From positions 82,151-146,150 of the forward strand of contig CAJFCJ010000037.1 in NCBI GenBank assembly GCA_904063045.1: DNA of 64,000 nucleotides, in the 5' to 3' direction. The notes below the pieces were generated by a model. It was not told the origin of the DNA, made no database searches, and saw nothing but the letters and a program-made list of their open reading frames with translations. This document shows positions 50,111 to 60,803 of the stretch, one piece after another. How positions within the stretch are numbered: position 1 is the first letter of the stretch; each line of letters begins with the position of its first letter. Both the position numbers and the translations under genes were made by a program. The stretch comes from Dimorphilus gyrociliatus (Eukaryota > Animalia > Annelida).

Positions 50111-51116
50111 TGTTTCAGCAAATTCCATTGAATAATGACTTGGAAGGCTTCAACAAGAAATTCAATATAAAATTCTTTATTTTATTTCACTGTGGATAAG
50201 TTGAAGAGAAAAAGTGATTTTATTGGTGTTTATCAAAAGCTATTCTTAGAAAAAAAGATTTTTAATGTACAATTTTTGTTACATTTGATGCTCATACTGC
50301 TTCAATCACCATTTGGCCAAACTCAAACTTTGCCTGGTCATAGTTAAGGCTGATCTTTAAGTGTCACTAAAGAAAATTTATGAATTTTGGGATCAGTTTT
50401 AGAATGGTGATATTTGTGACAGTGAGGTTTTGGAGAAATGTTCAACAATTTATCATGTAAAAATCTGTCTGCCATGTTTGTTATTCTCCATTTAATTATA
50501 TTAAATTTCTTTGATGAACTGGTAAGAATACATTATTCACTTTCTCTATGATTGCAATATAAGATATTATCATTTCAAATGTAATAATTCAAGCTTAGTA
50601 GTTTTAATGTAATAGTTATGGATTTTACATTTAAAATACGCTAATCAATGTCATATCAAAAGTAAAAAAAATTTCTAACAAGACAAGAAAATAATCCATG
50701 AAATTGATGTTTTTCCTATTTCACCAAAAAGATGTACATTCCTCCAGGAGCCAATAGCACCAAATTAGAAGGAAAATAAAAAATGATATATATTTACAAT
50801 TGGAAACACTATGTATTTCACACACTAGGTTAACACTTTAGCAAAGTAACAATACTAGCAAAATTTAAGGTGCATTGTACCAAAGTTCTGTTTAAATTAA
50901 AAACAAGTAGTAGAGTTTGAACAACAACTAAATTATGAATGAAAAAATCATTTCACAGGTGAATTATGTAAAACTGGAGGTTTCTTTTCCTCTTTAGCTT
51001 ATTTTTGAATAGAGAAAAACTACTGCAATTTGTAACCATTGGCAACAAGACTATATTTAGATATTTGTATAGCAAGCAACTGTATTATGCAACAGTAGAA
51101 TGATAGCATATAATAC

Positions 51117-51751
51117 TGTACTGCTCTTGCTGGCAAAATCTATGTGTTTGCAAGTTATAACAATACTGGTTCTACTCAAACCTTTAAACAAATGTTTAAA
51201 TTAAAATGGTTTATTCGCAATAATAATACTTAAGCAAGTAACAATATGAGAGTTTGATAGCAGAGTAGATAGTTTGTAAAAGCAGGTTGCCAAATTACCA
51301 AACTGTCTTCCAATGTTGAGGAGTAGATGGATGGTTCCAGTGGAGGTTGTTTCCAGATGATTTTCCCAGGTCCTTGGGTCCAGATGGAAGCTGCATGCCA
51401 AATGAGAATAGTGAGGATTTATATACTTTGAGGTTTGCCTCTGACATCCAATCATCACTTTTCAGTTGCTGAAATGTGTAGTTCATATTTATGTTTAGTA
51501 ACAGGATGTTACAAGGTTGAACGTTTAGGAAGGTTAATTGAATTATAACTTGGTCACACCCTAGGCAAGTTAATTAAATTATAACTTGGCCAAACCTTTA
51601 TTGGTAATTAAAGATGAGCCTTCAAGCTGACTAATCAGACTTATGTTTGGCCAATGTTATAGCATTTTCTTGTGTAGGTTTTAAGATGTACATGTATATG
51701 TTGCATAAAATAATAGAGTTCAAGCATGTAAAATATAACCAAAGTTGTACA
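51117..51751 (-). repeat. 3' LTR (family 1)
   Basis: TG...CA on the minus strand; about 13 substitutions versus the 5' LTR by manual comparison. Confidence 0.95.
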
Positions 51752-51752
51752 A

Positions 51753-51766
51753 CTTCCCCCTTCTTT
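51753..51766 (-). promoter_or_regulatory. Polypurine tract
   Basis: AAAGAAGGGGGAAG one base upstream of the 3' LTR on the minus strand. Confidence 0.9.
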
Positions 51767-51782
51767 GTGAAGGTGAGTCCCT

Positions 51783-54201
51783 TCATCTTGATTTAATGAG
51801 AATTACAGGTGGTTGTTCTTCTTCATTAGTTTGATGTTGACTAGAGCTACAACTTTGTTTCATTAGTTTTGGGTTTTCAGGAGAGTTATCTGTGCTCTCA
51901 CTTGGTGTAGCGGTTTCTTCTCTTTGTTTTCTTCTAATAATAATATAGTCGAAAATGATGATACATACCATTGACACTACAATACTCAAACAAATATTTC
52001 GTATGATAACATAAAGTGTTTTCCCAGGTTTATAGTACCAACTATGGAAAAACTGTTTAATTCCAGATAAATTGGGTACAATGCCATTTTTCTCTGCAAC
52101 AGTGACCATGTTATCATACCTTGCCTGCTTCTGTTCCAGTGAACTGATAACTTGCTTAATTTTTGAGTGCTGGTATGCAATATCCTTCTTTACCCATGGT
52201 GGAGTAGATCAGCTAATCTGGCAATTTCAATTTTTGGTTCAGAAAGGTGATTGTGGATATGTAACTGCATGGATTTTGCAGACACAGTGTGAAATCTGCA
52301 TCCTCTTTCTGAATAATACACATACATTTTGTCTTTCAGTGGTTGGTTTCTTATAGGATTTAATGGGTTGTGAGTTGTTTTGTAGAATAACTTGTTAGAC
52401 TTACACTCATTATAGGTAATCTCTTCAGGATTGACTTGCTGTAAAACATGAGTAACTGGTTCTACTTGGAAAAGCAGGTTGTTCATGGTGACAAGTAAAA
52501 ATTGAGAACATTTGTTATTCTTTTTTATCATGCTTAAGTCACAAACTACTTCTGTTGAGGCTATTGGTGAACATTGTTTAATTATAGCTAATTCTCCCAT
52601 CTGACTACTGTGCATTCCCAACTCATTTGTTAACACTGTGGTCAATTGAGGATCCAATTTGCTAGTAATGCCATCATCCTGCTTCTTTGAACAAATTGAT
52701 TGCAGAGAAGACTTGACAGCTGTTGGGTAAACTTTTTTAAATTCTTAAAATTTGAATCAATGCCATGTAGTAAGGTAGATGTTTGGGCAGCTTCTCTCAT
52801 TTCCAATGGGAATTTGTGATATGGGTTTTTACTTATATTATGTTTCAGTTTTGCTTCCTTCTTCATCTGCTTTTTAGCCATTCGCATGTGTAGAGTAAAA
52901 TAAATTCCTTCATGGGTAATCTTAAATTCTCTGGCTGGTGGTCCTTTATACCATATGCCCAATGTTGGTAATACCTTCTGTTTGATTCTTTTCTCACTGT
53001 ATACATATTTTGAAATTGTAACAGATTGTCTTGTTGCCCTTGTCCAATTGACTGCTTGCAGCATTTCTTGGATATAATAGTTATCCAGCTCCCAGTAAGA
53101 TGGACTAATGGGTTGCTGTAGATGATATATCACAACTTCCTTGAGTGTGCCTTTATTTCTCATTAGTTTATACTTTGTGTTTGTTTCTCTATACCATTGG
53201 TTAAGACTTGGTAAGGGGTTGTTTCACTTGTATAGTATAATTTGTTCTTTCACTTTATTGGGATAGTTTAATAGTCGTTTTTCTTCATTTTTTCCAATCT
53301 TCTGATATTGTAGCAAATTGTATAGGTGTTCCTTGCTTGTTTCCTGTATTGAACTCTGTTCCTCCAGTGATACTAATAGTTTTGTTCCAGGACCACCAAT
53401 TCCATCAATGAACTTATCTTGATAAGGGATGTCCAGAATAGAATACCCTGGACAAGAATAGTGACCAGCAAATTTGATACAACTAATTCTGTTGCTAATT
53501 TTTATCCATGGTGATTGTTGCCCCAGTGTGTAATTATTCTTGAGGTTTCTAAAGACAATAATTGCCTCTTCTGTCTCACAATAGGACTGCCCTGGTAAAC
53601 AATCTTCCAGGTAGTCCAGATTAATTGTAATTTTCATATTAGGAGGTTGCCAATATGCTTTGCCAAACTGGATAATTGTGGTGTATTCCAGCACCTTGGT
53701 AGTTGTTGGCCATGTATAGGCAGCAGGAAACTGATCTTGGTGGATCCAAGTGTTTCTTGTCACCATTAAAGGTTTTCCTTGAAAAGATTGTTTGTCTTTT
53801 ACCATCTGTCTGCATTGATCATGAGTTACTTTAATAACTGAGTTAACAATTCTCCTCTTCTTTGCTCCAAAGAAATAGTAAGTGTAACAATTAGTTCTTA
53901 GATACACTTGACATTTTACTGCTCTTGTTTCAATTTCTTCCAAGTTCAATTCATAGATATCAGCTGTAATTGTCTTGGTTTCTTGTGATTCTATATTACA
54001 AGTTGGCTCATCTGCTAGATCAAATGCCTGGCTTGGTAGTTGGTTAGAACAAAAGTATAACAGTGGTTTAAATGTTAAGGTAATGTTTGCACTTGTAACA
54101 TGTGCACCTTGGTAGGATGGTTTCGGAACTGTTATTGAGTGGATGCAGCCACAGATCACCATTACAGTCATCACTAGTGGAAGCCACAACATCTGTTTCA
54201 T
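51783..54201 (-). pseudogene. env: env: class III viral fusion glycoprotein-like (~800 aa), with 1 in-frame TGA and 2 frameshifts
   Basis: Signal peptide MKQMLWLPLVMTVMVICGCIHS; AVKC...NCYTYYFFGAK; DQCRQMV; AYTWPTT; LCNQF...LAKLDPQ...QMGELAIIKQC; KCSQFLLVTMNN...EPVTHVL; TM ICLSIVVSMVCIIIFDYIII. TGA at 53224-53226; shifts near 52660 and 52200. Confidence 0.75.
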
Positions 54202-54512
54202 GTTAGCTCTTCCTGTGTTGGCTATAGTTGAATTGTTGAAAATTTTGTGTTGTTGTTCCACTCTGATAGTTATTCCATCTTCTAACTCTATATATTGTGG
54301 TTCCACTTCTTGTTGGGAATCTAATTGTTCGGAGATGATTTTAGTCTCATCTAAAAATATGACTGACTCATTGTCTGTGTCACTTGTATTTTCTTTCTCA
54401 TCTTGGGATGAATCTACCACTATGAGGGACTCATTATCTGAATGGGTTATGTCAATAATTTCACCTTCAATAATTGTTGACTCATTATCAGAATGGGTTA
54501 TATCAATAATTT

Positions 54513-55775
54513 GGGTACAGGAGAAAACGTCCACTGGAGAAAACGTCCACTATAAAACTTCAAAGTAAGATATAAGATATTTGATAGATGGAGTTTTTAG
54601 GGCAATTTGACAGGAAAAAATGAATAATAAGAATTACAAATATTTAAATATTAATATATTGATTAAGTAAAAACAAGCGTTATAACAAGAATGATTGACA
54701 ACAGTGTAACAACATTAAAGAATAAAGGTATTTTAAACTGGTGAATAAATGTCAGAAGCTTTATCAAGTCCAGGGAGGTAATTGAGGCAATTTCAAATTG
54801 TTTCCATAAGCTGAATATTTTGCTCTGAATATTCTGATATGCTTTTCTTTGCTGTCTACAAATTTTCTTTTCACTCAGTAATTTTTTATATAGCTTTATC
54901 AGATCAGCTTCTCTTTTCAGTTCATCTAAAAGCAAATAGAATGCAGTGTTAGAGCAAAGATTCTTGTTAAGCCTGTGATGCCATCCTTCAAGATCATTAT
55001 TTGTCCTTATAGCCTCACCATAAACAGACCATACCTCTGGTTTATAAAATCCATTTATCCATTGTGTCTCAATGTACTCCAATAGAGACTTCATTTCAAT
55101 AGGACTTATTTCTTTAATAGTCTTAAATGTTGGTTCTATCAGATCAGAGGGCAGGAATGGTAATGCCATTAATTTCTTCATGATTCTATATTCAGCTTTT
55201 TTCTCCTTGTACATCTTACATAATCCTAATTCCTGGAAATAAATATGTCAGTTCTATCTAGACCTCAAATACTAAATTAAAGTATTACTTGAATCTTTCT
55301 GTATATTGCCTGTGTCCAGTGAAAAACACACCCTTTAATGTTTGCTTCAGGATAAGTGAATGATAGTGCTTTCCAAATAGCTTTTTCAAAGTCTACAACA
55401 ACTTTTTTGGGGCTATGCCCATTTGTTAAATCTTGTATTGCCTGTTAATTTAACAAATTAGATTATTCAATTTAAAATGCAAAATTATTGTACCTTAAAT
55501 AATTTCTTGTAGGCTGTCTTTCTCTTAGATCCCATAAAAGCAAAAGCCATTGGAATTTGTTTTATTTCTCCATTTTTTTTTATAAATCCATGAATAGAAA
55601 AAAGTTGATAAAAAGGGTCTTTCACACATTTAAATGTGCCATCCATAAACCATATTTTGCCTTTAGATAATAATTCAATTTGCTTTGTAGTTGAAAATAT
55701 TAGTATTCTATCATTCTCCATTTGTATATCCATTTGTAAAAAATCATCAGGAATAAAAAAATTTTGCTGGTGCCA
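54513..55775 (-). mobile_element. MULE transposase (5'-truncated, two introns) nested in the Gypsy element
   Basis: WFMDGTFK, VVDFEKAI, CVFH and RTNNDLEGWH motifs; introns 55493-55442 (52 bp) and 55288-55233 (56 bp); terminal 2 x GGAGAAAACGTCCACT at 54520-54551. Confidence 0.9.
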
Positions 55776-56713
55776 AAAAGAAGTTCCTGGGGTGGTAGTC
55801 TTGTACTTCCTACAGGTGATTGATTCAAAAATGCTTGAATCAAGGGTAGGTTTGCAACCCAGTTATGCTGATTTTCTTCCACCACTAATTTATTGATTTC
55901 CTTCCTCACTTCTCTATTTCTTCGTTCAACTAGTCCATTGCTCTGGCTTCTATAAGCTGTTGTTTGGATTTTCTCAATACCTAATACCTCCATAAACTCT
56001 TTAAAAGCTTTACCAACAAAGTTTCTTCCTTGATCTGTCAACATTTGTTTTGGAATTCCAAAAATGGGAAAAAATCTGTTGAAAAGAAGATTTGCAATTT
56101 CTTTACTGGTTTGCTGTTTGAGTGCATATAAAACTGTGTATCTACTGAAATGATCCACTATCACAAGTATGAATCTGTATGATTTAACCATGGGTAAGGG
56201 TCCCATTATATCCATGGCCACCAACTCCATTGGTGATGCAGGGTGAAAGGTTTCTACCAAAGGGTATACTCTACTCCTACCATTCATTTGTTCACACAAA
56301 GTGCAATCCTTTATTGAATTCTCAATCATAATCTTTAATTTTGGGTGCCAAAAGGTCTTTTTAATTATTTGTAATGTCATTCTGGGTCCATGGTGATTGT
56401 GAATTTTATTTTTATGGAATTTAGGGAGCAGAGTTAGCATCACATGGTCAGGTAAAACCAGAATGTTTCTTTTTTCAAGGATAATCCAGATCATTTCCTT
56501 ATGAACAAACATCTCCATTATGAAAGGTGTAAAAGTTCCAAAATAAGGAATAGGTAGCTGACCATCCAGTGTTAAATATTCTTTAATTGATTTCAAATTC
56601 ACATCTTTTTCTTGCTCTGACTGTAAGTCAACAGAAGACAAATCAATTTTCTCTTTACTGTTATCACTGGTAGCTACAAAAGTTAACTCTGGTGTATGTT
56701 CATACTGTTCCAT
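55770..56713 (-). CDS. pol: Gypsy integrase (zinc finger + rve core), C-terminus lost
   Basis: H-H...CTLC zinc finger; VAMDIMGPLP, VDHFSRY, LTDQGRNF, SNGLVERRN. Confidence 0.92.
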
Positions 56714-56809
56714 TTTAACTGAAATAGAGGGAGAATTCTCCTCTTTGATTCTTCCATGAATTAGCTCTTCAAATGTTACTTTCCTTGGGGGTGTATATTC
56801 TTCTAATCT

Positions 56810-57560
56810 TGTTAATGCATCTGCTCTATTTTTTCATCCTGTCACATAGTTAATTGTAAATTTTAAATCCATTAAAGCCATGACCCATTTTGCTGTGCTG
56901 ACATTCAATTTGTTTTGCTTAAATGTTTGTACTAGACTCTGATAGACTCTGATGTCAGTATATAAAAAGAATGGCTTGTCTTGAAGNNNNNNNNNNNNNN
57001 NNNNNNNNNNNNNNNNNNNNNNNNNNNNNNNNNNNNNNNNNNNNNNNNNNNNNNNNNNNNNNNNNNNNNNNNNNNNNNNNNNNNNNNTTAGATAAATTCA
57101 AACAAGCCAAAAGGTGTAATAAATGCTGTTTTAGACCTATCTTCTTTCTTGATGTTAATGTGGTGGTATGCACTTGTCAAATCCATGTAGAAAAGAATTT
57201 ATTTCCTCCTCCCAAATGGTCAAAAAGATCATCTTGATTTGGCATGGATACTTGTTTTAACTGTCATTTTGTTTAGTTTTCTATAATCTACACACATTCA
57301 TAGACTACCTTCCTTCTTTCTTACGAAACAATTGGTGAAGCCAATTGCTCTTGCTTGGTTGAATAACTTTGCTTTTTACCAATTCAGCTATCTGTTGCTT
57401 ACATTTTCTTGTTTTGAGGAGGCATTCTATATGGCTTTGTCTATATGGTGTTGAACCTGGTTCAAGAGTTATTTCCAAGGGTGGTACCTCTGGATTGCAA
57501 TATCAAATCTGTCTTCTGCAATAGTTTCTTTATATTTTGCCAGAATTTGGGTAACTTTGT
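56810..57560 (-). pseudogene. pol: Gypsy reverse transcriptase (5' part) and RNase H (3' part), frameshifted and interrupted by the gap
   Basis: KYPMPNQDDLFDHLGG...LTSAYHHINIKKEDRSKTAFITPFGLFEF; FFLYTD...KWVMALMDLKFTINYVTG*KNRADALTR. Confidence 0.88.
56987..57087. other. Assembly gap (~100 N placeholder) hiding the RT YxDD region and most of RNase H
   Basis: N run; the flanking motifs imply several hundred bases are missing. Confidence 0.95.
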
Positions 57561-57563
57561 TCT

Positions 57564-58040
57564 TCATCTCGGGATTTTCTTGTTCAATTGTTGTTGAAGG
57601 GTATGTATTTGACTCTCATTCTTTTTCATAATAAGAGGAACTGGGTAAAACCTTTGAAAGATAAGTGTTGTGTCCAACAGGTAATTCTTTTCTGTACCTG
57701 GCTGGAGTATAATCTGTCTCTTGCCAAAGTCAAGGGTAGCTCCATTTTGTTGTAGAAAGTCACACCCAATAATACATTGTTGTGTCATGATTTTGTTGAT
57801 CAGAAAGCGTTGTTTAATAATCTTTTCATTAAAATAAAGTCTGAGAATGATTTCTCCACATATCTCGATGCTATTTCCTGAAGCATCTCTAGCATTTTTC
57901 ACAGTTTGTTCTGGGAAGGATGCTTTTCCTTGAACTTGTCTTAATACTTTTTTGAAATGAAGATCTGTCACTACCAGAGTCTATCAAGGCATCAAACTTA
58001 AAACCAGTATTAGTTTCAAATTGTCCAATAAATGTTGAAG
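57564..58040 (-). pseudogene. pol: Retropepsin aspartic protease (frameshifted)
   Basis: FDALIDSGS active site (~57975-58000) and IIGCDFL motif. Confidence 0.88.
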
Positions 58041-58139
58041 CATTTCGCTCAGATTGTTTGCTTTGTAACAGCTGACAAGTGGATTCGTCACTATCTGAAA
58101 ACAGAGAATATCTTGAACTTCGTCGTTTTCTGACATGCT

Positions 58140-59189
58140 TTCATTGTCTAATGTTTCTAATTTTTGTAGCTTAGGTTCTCTTTCAGTATCGTCTTTGCTG
58201 GTTGATTTTTCTTATAATACCTATTTGTTGTAGTGGTGCATACTTTTGGACTTTTGGCTTGAAAACTTTTCTTTAGTAGCATTTTTGTTGTCAGGTACAT
58301 GCTTCTATTCCAGAAATTTGGGTTTCTGTAGAAGCATCTTTTCTGATTACTGGGTCTTTTTGGTCTTTTCTTTGTTGAGTTCCAATTTGACACCATTGTG
58401 ATCGGTTTTCTTGAGTTAGTTTTAATGAAGTTTCTGCTTGCTTAGCAGCCTCATATAGTTCTGCCAATGTTTGACATTTAGGATGTAAGGTGTACACTAA
58501 ATGTAGAATATCCTGTTGTAATCCTCTTTGTAAAACTCCATCAGTTTTATTTCTTTCATAGTTGCAAGCAATTGTGGTTCCATTGGTCTAGGTGGAGAAA
58601 ACCTCTTTATCAATTTCTTTGCTCTATTAACAAACTGAACCACACTTTCGCCATTCATTTGCTTTAAGTTAAGCAATTTCTCCTGATACTCCAAAGGATC
58701 TAGATCAAATTCGTCATGGAGGGCTTTCCATATTTCTCACAGTAGGCTCTCCATCCAGAGCCAACACCAAATCCTTTGCAGGACCAGTTAAATAATCTAA
58801 AAGATTTGCTTTCACAACATCTTCTCCTATCCAACCATAAGCATAACATGCCTGATTAAAGTCTTCTTTGAATTTTGAACACTCCTTGCTTCCATCATAC
58901 AACTTGAGAATAGTTCTTGAGGGCAGTCCCAAGCAGCCTTAATGCTTGAATTACTGTTGTGATATCAACATTTGGGTTCTGTGCTGGGTGATGTGTTCCA
59001 TCTCCATGATCTGTTGGAATTGTGATTCGATTTCTTTTCATTTCACTCACCAATCTATCATAGTCTTCAATTAGTCTTTGTTGCCTTTCTGACATTCCTG
59101 CTGGCTGAATTGTAATTGTTGGAGTTGCTGGGTTGAAGGGTTAGAGTCTGTAACTGCCCCAGTGGCGTTTCCATTTCCTCTTCTGCCAT
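58140..59189 (-). pseudogene. gag: Gypsy gag (multiple frameshifts)
   Basis: ATG at 59189; LYDG...FKEDF...YGW...LLDYLTGPAK and LLNLKQMNGESVVQFVNRAKKL retrotransposon-gag motifs; no clear CCHC knuckle. Confidence 0.8.
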
Positions 59190-59228
59190 ATTTACTTTCT
59201 CAAAACTTTTGAATAAACCAAAAGAATA

Positions 59229-59245
59229 TCCTGTCGACTGCACCA
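59229..59245 (-). promoter_or_regulatory. Primer-binding site, tRNA-Ser-like
   Basis: TGGTGCAGTCGACAGGA 4 nt after the 5' LTR; complementary to a ...TCCTGTCGACTGCACCA-3' end resembling GCAGTCG-initiated invertebrate tRNA-Ser. Confidence 0.75.
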
Positions 59246-59249
59246 AATT

Positions 59250-59884
59250 TGTACTGCTCTTGCTGGCAAAATCTATGCGTTTGCAAGTTATAACAATACT
59301 GGTTCTACTCAAACCTTTAAACAAATGTTTAAATTAAAATGGTTTATTCGCAATAATAATACTTAAGCAAGTAACAATATGAGAGTTCGATAGCAGAGTA
59401 GATAGTTTGTAAAAGCAGGTTGCCAAATTACCAAACTGTCTTCTAATGTTGAGGAGTAGATGGATGGTTCCAGTGGAGGTTGTTTCCAGATGATTTTCCC
59501 AGGTCCTTGGGTCCAGATGGAAGCTGCATGCCAAATGAGAATAATGAGGATTTATATACTTTGAGGTTTGTCTCTGACATCCAATCATCACTTTACAGTT
59601 GCCGAAATGTGTAGTTCATATTTATCTTTAGTAACAGGATGTTACAAGGTTCAACATTTAGGAAGGTTAATTGAATTATAACTTGGCCACACCCTAGGCA
59701 AGTTAATTAAATTATAACTTGGCCAAACCTTTATTGGTAATTAAAGATGAACCTTCAAGCTGACTAATCAGACTTATGTTTGGCCAATGTTATAGCATTT
59801 TCTTGCGTAGGTTTTAAGATGTACATGTATATGTTGCATAAAATAATAGAGTTCAAGCATGTAAAATATAACCAAAGTTGTACA
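59250..59884 (-). repeat. 5' LTR (family 1)
   Basis: 635 bp, TG...CA, TATA-like GTATATAAA, internal 36-bp tandem duplication. Confidence 0.95.
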
Positions 59885-60200
59885 ATAAAATAAGTTCCTT
59901 TAAATTTGAACAGTGATCTCTTAAATTTTGAAATATTTCTCTTTTAACATTTGACCCAATTGTATTGTTATTCAAATTCAGTTCTTTCAAATGTTGATTA
60001 CATTTTTTATTAAACAAGGAAGCAAAGCTAAACAATGGTACACTTTTGTAAAAGTCTTCTGTTCTTCTGAGATTGAATTCCATTGCATTCAATTTTTTGT
60101 CTGAAATTGCCTTTAGATTCAAAGTGTTTTCTCCAATGGCCAATTTCTTAAATATTTTTTAAATATGTTCTGTACAGGCACTCTTGAATTCTGTATCTGT
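59885..60200 (-). pseudogene. LRR gene fragment abutting the Gypsy 5' LTR
   Basis: KCNQHLKELNLNNNTIGSNVKREIFQNLRDHCSNLKELIL runs into the LTR; stops upstream. Confidence 0.6.
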
Positions 60201-60803
60201 CTTGAAATCTTGCTCTTAGACATCTTCTTAATTTTCTTTCCACCACTAATTTTCTTACATCTAAGCTATGTATCAGATTCACTGCATTCAGCTATTTTTG
60301 TCCATTTGTTTAAAATAGAAATGGAACTAAATATTTATTTTGTTTTAAAAGTTTGATTTGAAAGAAATGAATTGTATTGCAAACTTTTTATATTGTGTTT
60401 TGCAAAAAATTAAATGATTAAATTCAAATTTTGATTGACATGAAGATGAAATTTCTGATATAAAACCTTTGGAAATAGTTTTCAAAAATTTCTAAAAGAG
60501 AATAATAAAAATTTGTTCTGTTTTAATATAAAAGATAAGCTAAATGAAACTGTATGTCAACCATTTCAATACCATCCTATTGTTTTTCTGTTTTAAAAAA
60601 TGTTTGTTAATTCAATACTTCCGGTGTGTGACATTTTAGAATTAATTAAAAGATTGTTTCAATCAATATTTGTTCTAAACAAGTTTAACACTTTTTTCTA
60701 TTAAAAAATGAGAATGTAAAAAAATGATAATATTTTGGAAATATATGCAAATTTTTTAATACTCTATTGATTATTTTATAGGAGAATTATAAAGATATAT
60801 TAC

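Larger units (their letters stand above)
51117..59884 (-). mobile_element. Ty3/Gypsy LTR retrotransposon with class III fusion-protein-like env (non-functional copy)
   Basis: Two 635-bp LTRs, PBS, PPT, gag, LIDSGS protease, RT, RNase H, HHCC-DDE integrase and env in Gypsy order; nested MULE; assembly gap. Confidence 0.93.

Noticed and set aside
4066-53226. Recurrent in-frame TGA at positions where Cys/Trp would fit (14445, 14299, 53224) suggesting recoding or selenocysteine
   Set aside because: TAG/TAA nonsense codons and frameshifts occur in the same loci, Cys and Trp use normal codons elsewhere, TGA also serves as an ordinary terminator in apparently intact genes (e.g. 44025-44027), and no SECIS was evident. 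Ordinary decay explains them.
23660-54551. Short direct-repeat arrays (23660-23746, 40730-40813, 44694-44741, 54520-54551) as CRISPR-like arrays
   Set aside because: Repeats are adjacent with no unique spacers, there are no cas genes, the context is eukaryotic, and they sit at transposon ends.
59229-59245. tRNA gene at the tRNA-like 3' end sequence TCCTGTCGACTGCACCA
   Set aside because: Only 17 nt including an encoded CCA, positioned next to the LTR; it is the primer-binding site, not a tRNA gene.
34623-59591. Four near-identical 85-aa ORFs (MMIGCQRQTSKY...) at 34623, 37432, 51201 and 59334
   Set aside because: They lie inside LTRs, start at GTG and span the TATA region; their conservation simply reflects LTR identity.
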